Source of the DNA: a virus
Lineage: Duplodnaviria; Caudoviricetes
Virus record (IMG/VR): IMGVR_UViG_3300037478_000385
Coordinates: 1-59,571 of that record
Length of the DNA: 59,571 nucleotides
Direction: 5' to 3' (one strand)
Below are positions 1 to 8,438 of the stretch, piece by piece. Every line of letters starts with the position of its first letter. Positions within the stretch are counted from its first letter, which is position 1. A program made the position numbers and the translations under genes. The notes under the pieces are model-generated. The model made no database searches and was not told the DNA's origin. It saw nothing but the letters and a program-made list of their open reading frames with translations.

Positions 1-127
1 GATGGCGCTGATCTCGTCGGTGGTGAGGCCCTTGGTGAGGCGGTAGCTTTCGCGCCAGTAGTCGGCCTCGGTGTGCTGCTCGTCGGCGTCGGTGCGGGCG
101 CGCCGTGCCTCGGTGAGGAGGTCTCGG
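1..127. repeat. Terminal direct repeat (circular-assembly overlap), copy 1
   Basis: 1-127 is identical to 59445-59571; an ORF reads through the junction. Confidence 0.95.
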
Positions 128-204
128 ATGTCTTGGTCGGAGAGTCCGGCGGGGCTGTTCGCGGCGGTTTCGATGGTGGCGAGGCGCTCGGCGGGCATAC
201 GCAT
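1..204 (-). CDS. Hypothetical protein spanning the origin (continues at 59444 down to 59367), about 93 aa
   Basis: ATG at 204 after a GGAG RBS; MRMPAERLATIE...HEACDCDA, stop at 59367 after circularisation. Confidence 0.7.
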   Translation of the reverse strand, partial: MRMPAERLATIETAANSPAGLSDQDIRDLLTEARRARTDADEQHTEADYWRESYRLTKGLTTDEISAI

Positions 205-216
205 GGGGGTTCTCCT

Positions 217-672
217 TTAGGCGGCGAGTGCTGTGGTGCGGGTGGTGGGTTGGTAGTCGCGGCCGAGTTCGAGGGCGATCAGCTGCGCGGCGCTGCGCAT
301 CACGGGCGCGGCGGGGGCCGGGGTGTCCTCGGCGGGCCGCTCGACCTGGTAGGTGGCGCCCGTGTGCCGGGTGTACGCCTTGATGCGGTCCAAGCGAAAA
401 GTGCGAGCTTCGCCGGATTCGCGGTCCATCGCCTTGATGATGATGTCGCCGGCCTTGGTGGTGACGATGGCGTACGGCTCGATCGTGCGGATGGTCTCGA
501 CCAGGCGGCCGGTGCGGATGGTGCGGTGGACGGTGACGCCCTTGGAGTTGACGGCGAAGACCTGCCGGGTCTCTTCCCGCAGGTACGTGATCGTGGTGGG
601 CTGGGTGCGGTCGAGGGCGCGGTAGAGGTCGGTGAGGGTGCGGGTGGTGGTCTGCTTGGCGGTGATCCTCAT
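217..672 (-). CDS. Stand-alone WYL-domain protein
   Basis: ITY...RTIEPYAI...DRESGEARTFRLDRI signature; no HTH and no WCX domain. Confidence 0.85.
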   Translation of the reverse strand: MRITAKQTTTRTLTDLYRALDRTQPTTITYLREETRQVFAVNSKGVTVHRTIRTGRLVETIRTIEPYAIVTTKAGDIIIKAMDRESGEARTFRLDRIKAYTRHTGATYQVERPAEDTPAPAAPVMRSAAQLIALELGRDYQPTTRTTALAA

Positions 673-711
673 CGTTGCCCCCTCGGCTGCGGTTCTTCCT
701 TACCCCTTAAC

Positions 712-734
712 TGTACATCGCGTCGTCGTGTACA
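712..734. promoter_or_regulatory. Two TGTACA palindromes, putative Phd/YefM operator in a divergent promoter region
   Basis: TGTACA at 712-717 and 729-734; TGTACA is the core of known Phd/YefM operators. Confidence 0.65.
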
Positions 735-761
735 TCAAGGCCTGATGGTAAGGTTCTCCCT

Positions 762-1007
762 ATGGACACAGATAAGGCAGACCACCCCATCGCAGAGGCC
801 CGAGCCAACCTCTCCGAACTGCTCTCCGCCGTGCGCCTGCTGCGGCGCGGCTACTTCCTCACCAGCCGGGGCAAACGGCAGGCCGTGATCCACCCCGTGG
901 AGCTGGGTGAACTGGTCGAGCAAGCAGGGGGCCCAGACAAAGCAGCGGCGATCCTGGCGAGCCACACGGCGGGGCGCCCGGTGGGCAGCAAGGAGAAGAC
1001 CGCATGA
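762..1007 (+). CDS. Phd/YefM-family antitoxin-like DNA-binding protein
   Basis: IAEARANLSELL...LTSRGKRQAVI pattern. Confidence 0.8.
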   Translation: MDTDKADHPIAEARANLSELLSAVRLLRRGYFLTSRGKRQAVIHPVELGELVEQAGGPDKAAAILASHTAGRPVGSKEKTA

Positions 1008-1276
1008 CCAGGTTGACGATGGAGCAGGTACGGGAAGCGGCCAGCACCGGCGGATGGAACGTGATCGCCGACGCGGGGAATCGACTGTCCGTCGGGCGAG
1101 AGCGGACGACCATGCAGGTGTCCTTCGCCGATGACGGCAGGTTCGTCCATGCGTCGATGACGGCGGGTCTGGACGGGATGGCTCAGGTCGTGATCGAACC
1201 GTTGGTGATCCCGGAATTGGTTTCGGTGTCCGCAGGGCAGTCCGGCCCGGGGAGCAGCGAGGAGCAGACCACATGA
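1004..1276 (+). CDS. Hypothetical protein
   Basis: ATGA overlap with both neighbours, RBS present. Confidence 0.65.
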   Translation: MTRLTMEQVREAASTGGWNVIADAGNRLSVGRERTTMQVSFADDGRFVHASMTAGLDGMAQVVIEPLVIPELVSVSAGQSGPGSSEEQTT

Positions 1277-1743
1277 GCGCGGAGCTGATGGCGTTCCTGC
1301 GGGAACGACTCGACGAAGACGAGCAGATCGCGCGGGCCGTAGACGACCGCAGCGCACCGTGGGACGGGCAATGGGTTACCGATGGCAGCGATGCACTGCG
1401 GACCTTCAACGGGCACGTGCTGTTCTACGGGCACAACGGCCCGTTGAAGCCGGGCCTGGTGGATCACATCGCCCGTCATGATCCGGTACGGGTGCTCGCC
1501 GACATCGACAGCAAGCGGCGGATCATTAAGCTGCATAGCGTCGTGCACCGTGAGATCGGGTGGCTGGAGGACGGCCAGGAGGAGCACGACGAGATCCAGG
1601 TCTGCGGCCTCTGTGTTCCTAGGCACTCGCACTACCGACATCGTGAGGACGTGCCGGAGGGACCTTGCCTCACGGTCCGCCTGCTCGCTCTGCCATACGC
1701 CGACATGCCTGGGTACCAGTCGGATTGGGCGCTCGACGCCTGA
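1273..1743 (+). CDS. DUF6221-like actinophage protein
   Basis: FLRERLDEDE...HIARHDPVRVLADIDSKRRII...LLALPYAD..GY..DW pattern. Confidence 0.75.
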   Translation: MSAELMAFLRERLDEDEQIARAVDDRSAPWDGQWVTDGSDALRTFNGHVLFYGHNGPLKPGLVDHIARHDPVRVLADIDSKRRIIKLHSVVHREIGWLEDGQEEHDEIQVCGLCVPRHSHYRHREDVPEGPCLTVRLLALPYADMPGYQSDWALDA

Positions 1744-1900
1744 CCCGTGCCACACTGGTTTGGGTGACTCCACCCACGCGTAAACGCGCGGGCTTCCTGT
1801 GTCGGTGGCTAGGCCACGTCGCAGAGGGCCAGCCCGGCCCTGTTGAGGACGTTCGTCGCGCCGACGTGGTCCGCGTTTGCCGCGAACCCGCACGCCGTGC
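1744..1900 (-). ncRNA. Putative omegaRNA of TnpB-1; guide begins CCAAACCAGTGTGGCACGGG; 5-prime boundary uncertain
   Basis: Right-end hairpin and TCAC directly downstream of tnpB; established TnpB architecture. Confidence 0.6.
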
Positions 1901-3017
1901 ACTGGAACTTCGCTTGGGTGGCGCGGTTCTCCTTTGCGACGTGCCCGCATTCGGGGCACGTGCGGGAGGTGTTGCGCGCGTCCACCGGAACCACCAGGCG
2001 ACCGGCACTCTCAGCCTTGTTCGCCAGGGTTCCGAGGAACTGCGCCCAACCCGCGTCGAGGATGCTGCGGTTGAGTCCGGCCTTCGCGGCAGCACCGTTC
2101 GGCAGGAAGCTGCCGGGCGTGCTCGGGTCGGCCTTGGGTGCGGGGGCTTTGGTCATGCCCGTCGTGTTCAGCCGCTCGTGCGCGATCATGTCGTGGTCGG
2201 CGACGAGCGCGCGGGCGGTCTTGTGGTGGAAGTCGGCGCGCTGCCGCCGGATCTTTCCGTACAGCTTGGCGACCTTCCGGGCCGCTGCGCGGTGGCGCTT
2301 GGCGCGCTGCCTGGTCCGCTTGGGGAACGTTGCGAGGTGCCGCTGCGCTTCGGCCAGCTCGTCGGCCATCGCTTGGAGGAAGCGCGGGTTGGCGACGTGT
2401 TCGCCGTCCGAGGTGGTCAGGAAATGGGCAACGCCCATGTCGATGCCGACGATTGCTCCGGTGGGCGGCAACTCCTCGGTAGGAACGTTGTCGCAGGCGA
2501 GGACGACGTACCAGCGGCGGCCTTCCCGCTTGATCGTCACGGTCTTGACGCGGCCCTGCACGGTACGGTGCTGGTGCACGCGGATGTGTCCGACGCCTTG
2601 GAGGCGTACGCGGGTCTGCGGGTCGTGCGGGGTGGAGTCCCAGCGGCACCCGTCGCCGTCCTTGGGGAAGGTGACGGTGTCGAAGTGCCCGACACCCTTG
2701 AAGCGCGGGTAGCCCGGCGTCTGCCCGGCCTTGACGCGGCGGAAGAACGCTTGGAACGCCTTGTCCAGACGGCGCAAGGTGGCTTGCTGGGAGGAGAAGG
2801 ACCAGCGTCCTTGCCGCTCTGGGTCGAACGCGCGGATGTCCTTGAGCTGAGCGGACTGATCCCCGTACCGGACGGTGGTCTTCGAAGCATGCTGGTAGGC
2901 GTCTCGGCGCTCTTGGAGGGCACCGTTGTAGAGCGAGCAGTGGTCCCGCAGCATCTCGCCCAGCGCGACCGTCTGACGGGTCGTGGGGCGCAGGAGGAAC
3001 TTGTACGCGCGTATCAC
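1809..3017 (-). CDS. tnpB: RNA-guided endonuclease TnpB
   Basis: RAYKFLL N-terminus; RuvC GIDMG, HERL, NADHVGATN; CPECG/CTACG zinc finger. Confidence 0.95.
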   Translation of the reverse strand: MIRAYKFLLRPTTRQTVALGEMLRDHCSLYNGALQERRDAYQHASKTTVRYGDQSAQLKDIRAFDPERQGRWSFSSQQATLRRLDKAFQAFFRRVKAGQTPGYPRFKGVGHFDTVTFPKDGDGCRWDSTPHDPQTRVRLQGVGHIRVHQHRTVQGRVKTVTIKREGRRWYVVLACDNVPTEELPPTGAIVGIDMGVAHFLTTSDGEHVANPRFLQAMADELAEAQRHLATFPKRTRQRAKRHRAAARKVAKLYGKIRRQRADFHHKTARALVADHDMIAHERLNTTGMTKAPAPKADPSTPGSFLPNGAAAKAGLNRSILDAGWAQFLGTLANKAESAGRLVVPVDARNTSRTCPECGHVAKENRATQAKFQCTACGFAANADHVGATNVLNRAGLALCDVA

Positions 3018-3175
3018 TGCTCACGCCTCCGCTCAGCGCGGAGTCCTTCGGCGAGGAGCACGCAGGCAGCTGCGTTGATCGAGATGCCTACGCGCTGCGC
3101 GTATGCCTCGATCTGCCGCTTCAAGTCCGGTGAGACGCGCAGGTTCAGCGACTCCCGGCGATCACCTCTCGCCAC
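3014..3175 (-). CDS. Small ribbon-helix-helix (Arc/HicB-C-like) protein coupled to tnpB
   Basis: SLNLRVSPDLKRQIEAYAQRVGISINAAACVLL; TAGCAT -10 just upstream (leaderless); stop overlaps tnpB start. Confidence 0.8.
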   Translation of the reverse strand: MARGDRRESLNLRVSPDLKRQIEAYAQRVGISINAAACVLLAEGLRAERRREQ

Positions 3176-3392
3176 AACCAAGATGCTACCACTTCGACAG
3201 TGCGGATTCGCGAAGAAAGCTGAGGCCAGAGCAGTGACAGAAGCCATTCCCCACCCCGCTAAAGCGGGGCGTCCCCTGGCTAGGTCCTGATGGAGCAGCG
3301 CCCGGAAGATCACCGGTCGTTCCATGGGGGCCCGCGCGAACCCCGTGCTCCCGGGTTGGGTTGAACCCTGGGCCTCCGCCAGATGCTTTCTT

Positions 3393-3423
3393 CGCCCCAT
3401 CCCGCACGCTCGGGGTGGGGCGT
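3393..3423. terminator. GC-rich hairpin ending the early operon
   Basis: CGCCCCATCCCG...CGGGGTGGGGCG inverted repeat. Confidence 0.55.
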
Positions 3424-3465
3424 CGTGCTTCAGGCCGTCGGGTTGGCTGGCGGGTGCGTTGGCGG

Positions 3466-4104
3466 TCAGGCGGCGGTGTCGGCCGACTGGAATGCCCGGC
3501 CGCAGGCTTCGCAGTGGATGGACGGTGGGCGCCCGTCTCCGCCTTCGAGGAGCAGGGTGCCGCCGCATGCGCAGGCCTGTTTCAAGGGTGCGGCGCGGCG
3601 GGCCAGGCCGAGGGCGTGCTCGACGCGCTGAGCGGCGGTGGCTGCGATGCCAGCGATGTGGTGGCGCTGCGCCCCGGTCAACGGCGTGAATGGGCCGGGC
3701 TGGTCGTTGAGCCTCGCGGCGAGCCAGTGGGCGGCTTCGACTGCGGTGCGCTGCCCGATGTAGCGCCACCGTCGGGGGTCGGCCGCGTCCTGGTCGGCGA
3801 GCTGGTCACGCCGGGCCCGGTCCGCTTGCGGCCAGTCGGCCGGTGCGTGGCTCATCGCCGGGCGCTGGATTTGGGCGGCGGTCTGGTCGGCGAGGTCGAC
3901 GAGCACGGTTTGGACGATGGTGATGGTGTCGATGACGTGCAACCTGACGGGGGCGTTGCGGTCGGCTGGGTCGTATTCCTCGAGGGACCGTAGGTAGTGG
4001 TTGAGGCTGGGTGGTGGCCATGCGTCGTGGGGCCGGCTGGTGCGGAGGGCGTGCAGATCAGCCCAGTGGGCGGCGATCAACTGCAGGTGCTGGGTGGTGG
4101 TCAC
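3466..4104 (-). CDS. Conserved phage protein with C-terminal zinc ribbon, possible late-gene regulator
   Basis: CACGG...CEACG; last gene of the early operon. Confidence 0.6.
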   Translation of the reverse strand: MTTTQHLQLIAAHWADLHALRTSRPHDAWPPPSLNHYLRSLEEYDPADRNAPVRLHVIDTITIVQTVLVDLADQTAAQIQRPAMSHAPADWPQADRARRDQLADQDAADPRRWRYIGQRTAVEAAHWLAARLNDQPGPFTPLTGAQRHHIAGIAATAAQRVEHALGLARRAAPLKQACACGGTLLLEGGDGRPPSIHCEACGRAFQSADTAA

Positions 4105-4199
4105 GGTCGACTCCCGGGGTGCTGGTGGGGGCTACGGTGTGATCACCAGGGGGCGTGCCCGCGGTTTTGGCGGACGGTGGGCACGCCCCTGCCGCATGC

Positions 4200-4352
4200 T
4201 CAGGCGTCGGTGGCGTCGTCGGCGGGGGCCGGCCTGTAGCGGTCGGTGCGGTGTTGGCAGTCGCAGCTCGCGCCGGGGCCGCCTTGGCTGGTGCAGTGCT
4301 GGTCGGCGTCGAGCTGGTTGTCGGCAGCATGGGCGCAGCGGGCGCAGATCAT
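4200..4352 (-). CDS. Small Cys/His-rich protein
   Basis: MICARCAHAAD...CDCQHR; coupled to the upstream stop. Confidence 0.6.
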   Translation of the reverse strand: MICARCAHAADNQLDADQHCTSQGGPGASCDCQHRTDRYRPAPADDATDA

Positions 4353-5194
4353 TGGCCGGTCTCCTCGATCAGGTTGTCGATGGTGTGGTGGACGGGGATG
4401 CCCAGCTGGTGGGCGAGTGCGGTTTCGTGGTCGGCGCCGGGGCTGTGTCCGGGGATGCGGAGGACGGCGTCGGCGGCTTGGAGCCAGGAGAGGTCGAGGT
4501 TGAGCCACGCTTCGTAGGGGTGGTCGGTGGTCTGGATCCAGGGGTGTTTGAGGTGGGGCACCAGCGGGGCGTGGCCTGCGGTGAGCAGCTGGTCGGCTGC
4601 CTGGATGGCGGCTTGGATGCTGCGCTCGGGGTCGGCGCTGTAGGGGCCGGAGACGTACACGCGCAGCGGGCGGTCCGTGTGCTCTTGGGGCTGGTCGAGG
4701 GCTGCGAGGACGGCGTCAACGAGGGCGGGTGCCTCTGCGTAGCCCCAGGTGCCGGTGCCGTCGGTGGCGTGCCAGATGCGGGCGGTGTCGATGGCTGCCT
4801 CGAGCCGGGCGCGGAGCGTGGTGTCAGGATCGCCCGTGTGTCCTTCTGGCGGCTCAGGAGCGGTCGGTGCGTCGGATGATGCGCCCGTGGCGTGCGCGTC
4901 CGTCTGAGGCGCCGTGGGGCCGCTTGGCGGGGCATCGTCGAGGATCGCGTCGGCCAGCGCGAGAGCGTGGCGCATGTCTGCGCACGGCCAGTCTTCATCG
5001 GCGCACCACTGGCAGCCTTGCGCGAGTCCTCGGGTGTCGACGCGGTTGGGGTTTTCCTCGTGCAGCTCGGCGACGCGCTCCAGCCACGTGGCGAGCGGCT
5101 TCACGAGGCGTGGTGCGACCAGGATGGGCGCGCCGGGTTGGGTGAGCCGATCGGCTGCAGCGCGGAGTGTGTCGGTGGGGCTGAGGTCGGTCAT
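4349..5194 (-). CDS. Protein with C-terminal nucleoside-deoxyribosyltransferase-like (DUF4406-type) domain
   Basis: VYVSGPYS...PLVPH...DLSWLQAADAVLRIPGHSPGADHE...GIPV. Confidence 0.7.
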   Translation of the reverse strand: MTDLSPTDTLRAAADRLTQPGAPILVAPRLVKPLATWLERVAELHEENPNRVDTRGLAQGCQWCADEDWPCADMRHALALADAILDDAPPSGPTAPQTDAHATGASSDAPTAPEPPEGHTGDPDTTLRARLEAAIDTARIWHATDGTGTWGYAEAPALVDAVLAALDQPQEHTDRPLRVYVSGPYSADPERSIQAAIQAADQLLTAGHAPLVPHLKHPWIQTTDHPYEAWLNLDLSWLQAADAVLRIPGHSPGADHETALAHQLGIPVHHTIDNLIEETGQ

Positions 5195-5412
5195 CGCTGC
5201 TCCTGGGTGGTGTCGTTGTTGGGTTGGCGTGCGTGCCGGGCTTGGTGCTGCCGGTCTTGGCGTGCTGCGATGCGGGCCAGCATCAGGGCGAGGACGGCGG
5301 CCACGACGGTCTCGAACCACTGCCCGGCCAGGGCGTAGGCGACAGCGAGCGTGGCGAGAGCACCGGCTGCGGCGGCGGTGAGGAGCGGCATGGCGCCGTT
5401 GGTGCGGCTCAC
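5191..5412 (-). CDS. Small membrane protein
   Basis: Two hydrophobic segments; overlapping start/stop codons. Confidence 0.6.
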   Translation of the reverse strand: MSRTNGAMPLLTAAAAGALATLAVAYALAGQWFETVVAAVLALMLARIAARQDRQHQARHARQPNNDTTQEQR

Positions 5413-5612
5413 GGCTGCTCCTTGGCTGCTTGGCGGGCGGTGTCGCGGATCCCGGCGACCAGCTCCTCCACACGGTGGACGGGGATGTGGACGGTCATGG
5501 CGTAGCCGGTGGGGTCGTCGGTGAGGATGGCGAGGACGGGTGTGCCGTCGGCGCGGGTTTGGGCGGCGGTTTCGAGGTGGTAGCCGTCGGGGTCGGTGTA
5601 GTGGAAGGTCAC
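5409..5612 (-). CDS. Hypothetical protein
   Basis: VTFHYTDPDG...; GTGA coupling. Confidence 0.6.
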   Translation of the reverse strand: MTFHYTDPDGYHLETAAQTRADGTPVLAILTDDPTGYAMTVHIPVHRVEELVAGIRDTARQAAKEQP

Positions 5613-5830
5613 TGGTTGGCCTTTCGGGTGTGGTGTCGGATGAGTGCTTGGAGTTGCCGGTCGGCGCGGCGCCGCTGGGGTCGGCGTGCGCTGGCCCACA
5701 CGCCGAGCGGGAACCCGGCGGCGAGCACCGCGAGGGCGACGACCCCGGCGGCAGCACCTGCTGCTCCGGCCCACAGGAGTGCGCCGCCGATGATGAGCTC
5801 GGCGGTGTCGACGGCGTCGTGGATGATCAC
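5609..5830 (-). CDS. Small membrane protein
   Basis: Hydrophobic core; GTGA coupling. Confidence 0.55.
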   Translation of the reverse strand: MIIHDAVDTAELIIGGALLWAGAAGAAAGVVALAVLAAGFPLGVWASARRPQRRRADRQLQALIRHHTRKANQ

Positions 5831-6120
5831 GATGCGGGCTCGTCTCGGCTGCGGGCGTGACGGATGCAGCCACAGCGGGGCGGGCATGCCCACCGGACGT
5901 GACCGTTCCGATGCTTGCCCCACCGGTGCAGTCCTCGGGCGCAGGCGATGGTGCGGATGACTGCGTCGGGGGTGCCGACTTCGGCGGAAGACCAGCAGTG
6001 CGGGGAGTTGCGGGGGTCGGAGACGGAGGGGTGGATGCGGTCGATGTGCTCGTCGAACTGGCTGCTGGGGATCTTCGGTCGGTCGGGGCACCAGATGCAG
6101 GTGTCGTAGGCCTCGGCCAT
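5827..6120 (-). CDS. Cys/His-rich hypothetical protein
   Basis: CIWC...H...H pattern; GGAGG RBS. Confidence 0.6.
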   Translation of the reverse strand: MAEAYDTCIWCPDRPKIPSSQFDEHIDRIHPSVSDPRNSPHCWSSAEVGTPDAVIRTIACARGLHRWGKHRNGHVRWACPPRCGCIRHARSRDEPAS

Positions 6121-6121
6121 G

Positions 6122-6679
6122 TCAGGCCTCCTTGGCGGACTGCGCCTCGTCGGCCATGCGGCGCAGCTCCGTCATCGCGTCCAGCGCGCCGGTGCTGCGT
6201 TCGAATTCGTGGTGCTTGCGGAGATTCTCCGCGAGGAGCTCGGCCTCGTCGGCGGCTTCGTGGAGGACTGCGGCTCGGTCTGTGGGTGGTGCGGTTGCGG
6301 CCGTGGGTCGTTGGGCCGGGTCGAGGGCTGCGCGGATGGTCTCGATGTGGGCGCATCCGGCGCAGGTGAGGTTGGCGCCGAGGTTGTCGTGGCCGCCTTG
6401 TCCGCGGTGTGCGTGGGTGGTCTCGAGGAGGCTGACCGTGTCGCGGAGGAGCGCGGCGTAGTGGTCGCGTTGGGCCTCGGCCTGGACGGCGCGCGCGCAC
6501 TGCCAATCGCCCCACGCCTTGAACTTCCTGCCTGCGTCGATGATGTCGGCGTGCTGCTTGTCGAGGATCTCGTCCGTCTGCCTGTCGGTGGCGGCGTTGT
6601 GCTCTAGCTCGGCGATCCGGTCGTAGAGCTGGTCGTATTGGTCGCTGGTGAGGTCATCAAGCGGGATGCGCTGGGTCAT
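6122..6679 (-). CDS. Hypothetical coiled-coil protein
   Basis: MTQRIPLDDLTSDQYDQLYDRI; RBS present. Confidence 0.65.
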   Translation of the reverse strand: MTQRIPLDDLTSDQYDQLYDRIAELEHNAATDRQTDEILDKQHADIIDAGRKFKAWGDWQCARAVQAEAQRDHYAALLRDTVSLLETTHAHRGQGGHDNLGANLTCAGCAHIETIRAALDPAQRPTAATAPPTDRAAVLHEAADEAELLAENLRKHHEFERSTGALDAMTELRRMADEAQSAKEA

Positions 6680-6837
6680 CGCTGGGTCTCCTGGGGTGGC
6701 TGTCCTGATCCGTCGCAGGACACGACGATTTGGCGGTTGTTCCGCCGGAGCATTGGGTGATGACGGATGTGTCCGTTTTTGGTGAGGTTGTATTCGCGGT
6801 GGCATATGGGGCAGGTGCCGCGTCTGTGGCCGTTCAT
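6676..6837 (-). CDS. Small zinc-binding protein
   Basis: MNGHRRGTCPICHREYNLTKNGHIRHH...CDGSG. Confidence 0.55.
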   Translation of the reverse strand: MNGHRRGTCPICHREYNLTKNGHIRHHPMLRRNNRQIVVSCDGSGQPPQETQR

Positions 6838-6870
6838 GGCTGGGGCTCCTGGGCGGTTCTCAGGTGGCGG

Positions 6871-7023
6871 TCATGCGGCGGGGTACTCGCGGGTGGTGAC
6901 GGTGATCGTTGGCTTCCAATCGGCGATGGCGGCTTCGATGCGGTCCCGGATCTCGTCGATCTCGTCCTCGGTGGCGATGTCGCTGATCCAGATAGTGATG
7001 TCGGCGGCGATGCGCTGGGTCAT
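6871..7023 (-). CDS. Small hypothetical protein
   Basis: MTQRIAADITIWISD...; RBS present. Confidence 0.5.
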   Translation of the reverse strand: MTQRIAADITIWISDIATEDEIDEIRDRIEAAIADWKPTITVTTREYPAA

Positions 7024-7229
7024 GACTGGGGCTCCTGGGTGTGGGTGGTTGCGGATCCGGATGTGTCGAGGTCGAGTGCGAGTTGCCCGGCTGACGGGTT
7101 CGTGGGTGCGCGGGCGTTCCCGGATCCGGATGCGGTCCGCGGTGGTTGCATGGCGCGGCGGCAGCGGGGCCCGTATCCGTCTGGGCTGGGCTGTCGGAGG
7201 CGGCGCCCACAGTTGCGGCAGCGGGTCAT
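7020..7229 (-). CDS. DUF6011-like zinc finger protein
   Basis: CRNCGRRL...GYGPRC. Confidence 0.7.
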   Translation of the reverse strand: MTRCRNCGRRLRQPSPDGYGPRCRRAMQPPRTASGSGNARAPTNPSAGQLALDLDTSGSATTHTQEPQS

Positions 7230-7522
7230 GCGGCGTGTGCCGGGGTGCGACGTGTGCCGATGAACCTGCGCTTGAGCGTTTTCAAGCGTCGCCTGGTGCC
7301 GTTGCCGCCACCGCTGTTCCACCACAACCAGGCCTGTATGGCGGCGAGCGCGGCGTGGACTCCGGCGATGAGCGGGTCGCCTCGGTGGGCCCAGCCTGCT
7401 GCGAGGAGTGTGTTGGCGATGGCGAGGAGGCCTTGGTAGGTGCGGAGGGTGATGCGGTGGGTGAAGAGCGCGAGGGTGCTGCATGCGATGAGGGTGAGGA
7501 CTGTGGTGGCGAGGGCGGTCAT
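7226..7522 (-). CDS. Membrane protein
   Basis: Three hydrophobic segments and a basic tail. Confidence 0.6.
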   Translation of the reverse strand: MTALATTVLTLIACSTLALFTHRITLRTYQGLLAIANTLLAAGWAHRGDPLIAGVHAALAAIQAWLWWNSGGGNGTRRRLKTLKRRFIGTRRTPAHAA

Positions 7523-7698
7523 GCGGCGTCCTTGGTGTCGGGCCGCGGTGGCGCGGCCTGGGCGGCGTATGCGTCGATGCGGGCGTCGTGGCTGGGGACG
7601 GCCAGCTTGCGGCCGCGGGGTGTGGTGCAGCGGGCGCCGGCTGGGGCGTGGCACCAGGGGCAGCGGACGCTGTGCGCGGGGTACAGCGGGCGGGTCAT
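7519..7698 (-). CDS. Phage zinc-finger protein
   Basis: VRCPWCHAPAGARC...H..R. Confidence 0.65.
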   Translation of the reverse strand: MTRPLYPAHSVRCPWCHAPAGARCTTPRGRKLAVPSHDARIDAYAAQAAPPRPDTKDAA

Positions 7699-8438
7699 GA
7701 CGCGGCTTCCTGCTCGGTGGTGTTGGGCTTGGTGCGGTGGATGGGGTCGAAGTCGTCCTGCGGTTCGGGCGTTTCGGCGAGTTGGGCTATCGCTGTGGCT
7801 GCTGCGGCGCGGCGGCGTTCGATCTCGCGTGCGGCGTCTTCGAGGTCGGCGGGGGGTTGCCCGGCGGCGGCGCGGCGTGCGTCTTCGAGGCGGGCTGGGT
7901 GGACGTCGGCGCGGTGGCGTCGGGGGTTGACGGTGCTGGTGCAGGTGCGGCCTGCTCGGGCGTGGCACATGGGGCAGGGGACGGCGAGGACGTTGACGGC
8001 GCCTGCCCGCGGGCCGGGGACGGCCTGGCCAGCGGCGGCGAGGATTGCGCGGGCCCGGCCGGTCGGCTGCTGCTCGCTGCGGCCGGGCGGCAGGGCTGGC
8101 ACGGGCCGGGGCTCGGTACGGCCGTCGGCAATGGCGCGGCGCTCAGCGAGGAGCGCAGCCCGGTACGTCGCGTCTCCGGTATCGCCAGGTGGTGGCTCGG
8201 CATCGCTGTGCTGGTCGAGACGATCGTTTCGGGCTTTGCGGATCTCGGTGATGATCTCGCCGACCGCGACGAAGGCGTGTCCGGCAGTAACACGGCGGTC
8301 TACGGCCGCGCGGGCTTCGTCGAGGCTGTACCCGCTGAGGACGTTGCGCCAAGCGTCGGCGGTGTACTCGTCGAGCTTCTGCTGAGGGCACATGGCGCGG
8401 ACGTAGCGGGTGAGGATGACTGCTTCCTGGTGGATCAC
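7695..8438 (-). CDS. Replication-associated protein (helicase loader/inhibitor-like N-terminus, zinc finger)
   Basis: ADAWRNVL..YSLDEARAAV; CPMCHA...C...HPAR; directly downstream of the initiator. Confidence 0.6.
   Translation of the reverse strand: MIHQEAVILTRYVRAMCPQQKLDEYTADAWRNVLSGYSLDEARAAVDRRVTAGHAFVAVGEIITEIRKARNDRLDQHSDAEPPPGDTGDATYRAALLAERRAIADGRTEPRPVPALPPGRSEQQPTGRARAILAAAGQAVPGPRAGAVNVLAVPCPMCHARAGRTCTSTVNPRRHRADVHPARLEDARRAAAGQPPADLEDAAREIERRRAAAATAIAQLAETPEPQDDFDPIHRTKPNTTEQEAAS

Larger units (their letters stand above)
1764..3289 (-). mobile_element. IS200/IS605-family (IS1341-like, TnpA-less) element 1: RHH gene plus tnpB; inferred TAM CCAT
   Basis: Minus strand: CCAT|CAGGAC...GGGA plus hairpin CGCCCCGC-TTTA-GCGGGGTG (left end); GAAG plus hairpin...GGAGTCAC| (right end); both guide/cleavage tetramer pairs fit IS608 pairing rules. 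Confidence 0.85.

Noticed and set aside
1-127. 127-bp terminal repeat as biological phage termini
   Set aside because: The length matches a common assembler k-mer and it cuts through an ORF; it only shows circularity
1809-3017. TnpB as a nuclease-dead TldR or a Cas12f
   Set aside because: All three RuvC acidic residues are present in both copies, IS ends are intact and there is no CRISPR array
3290-3400. Possible tRNA (GGGTTCAACCC on the minus strand)
   Set aside because: No cloverleaf can be built; it fits better as a short gene remnant interrupted by the IS, plus a terminator
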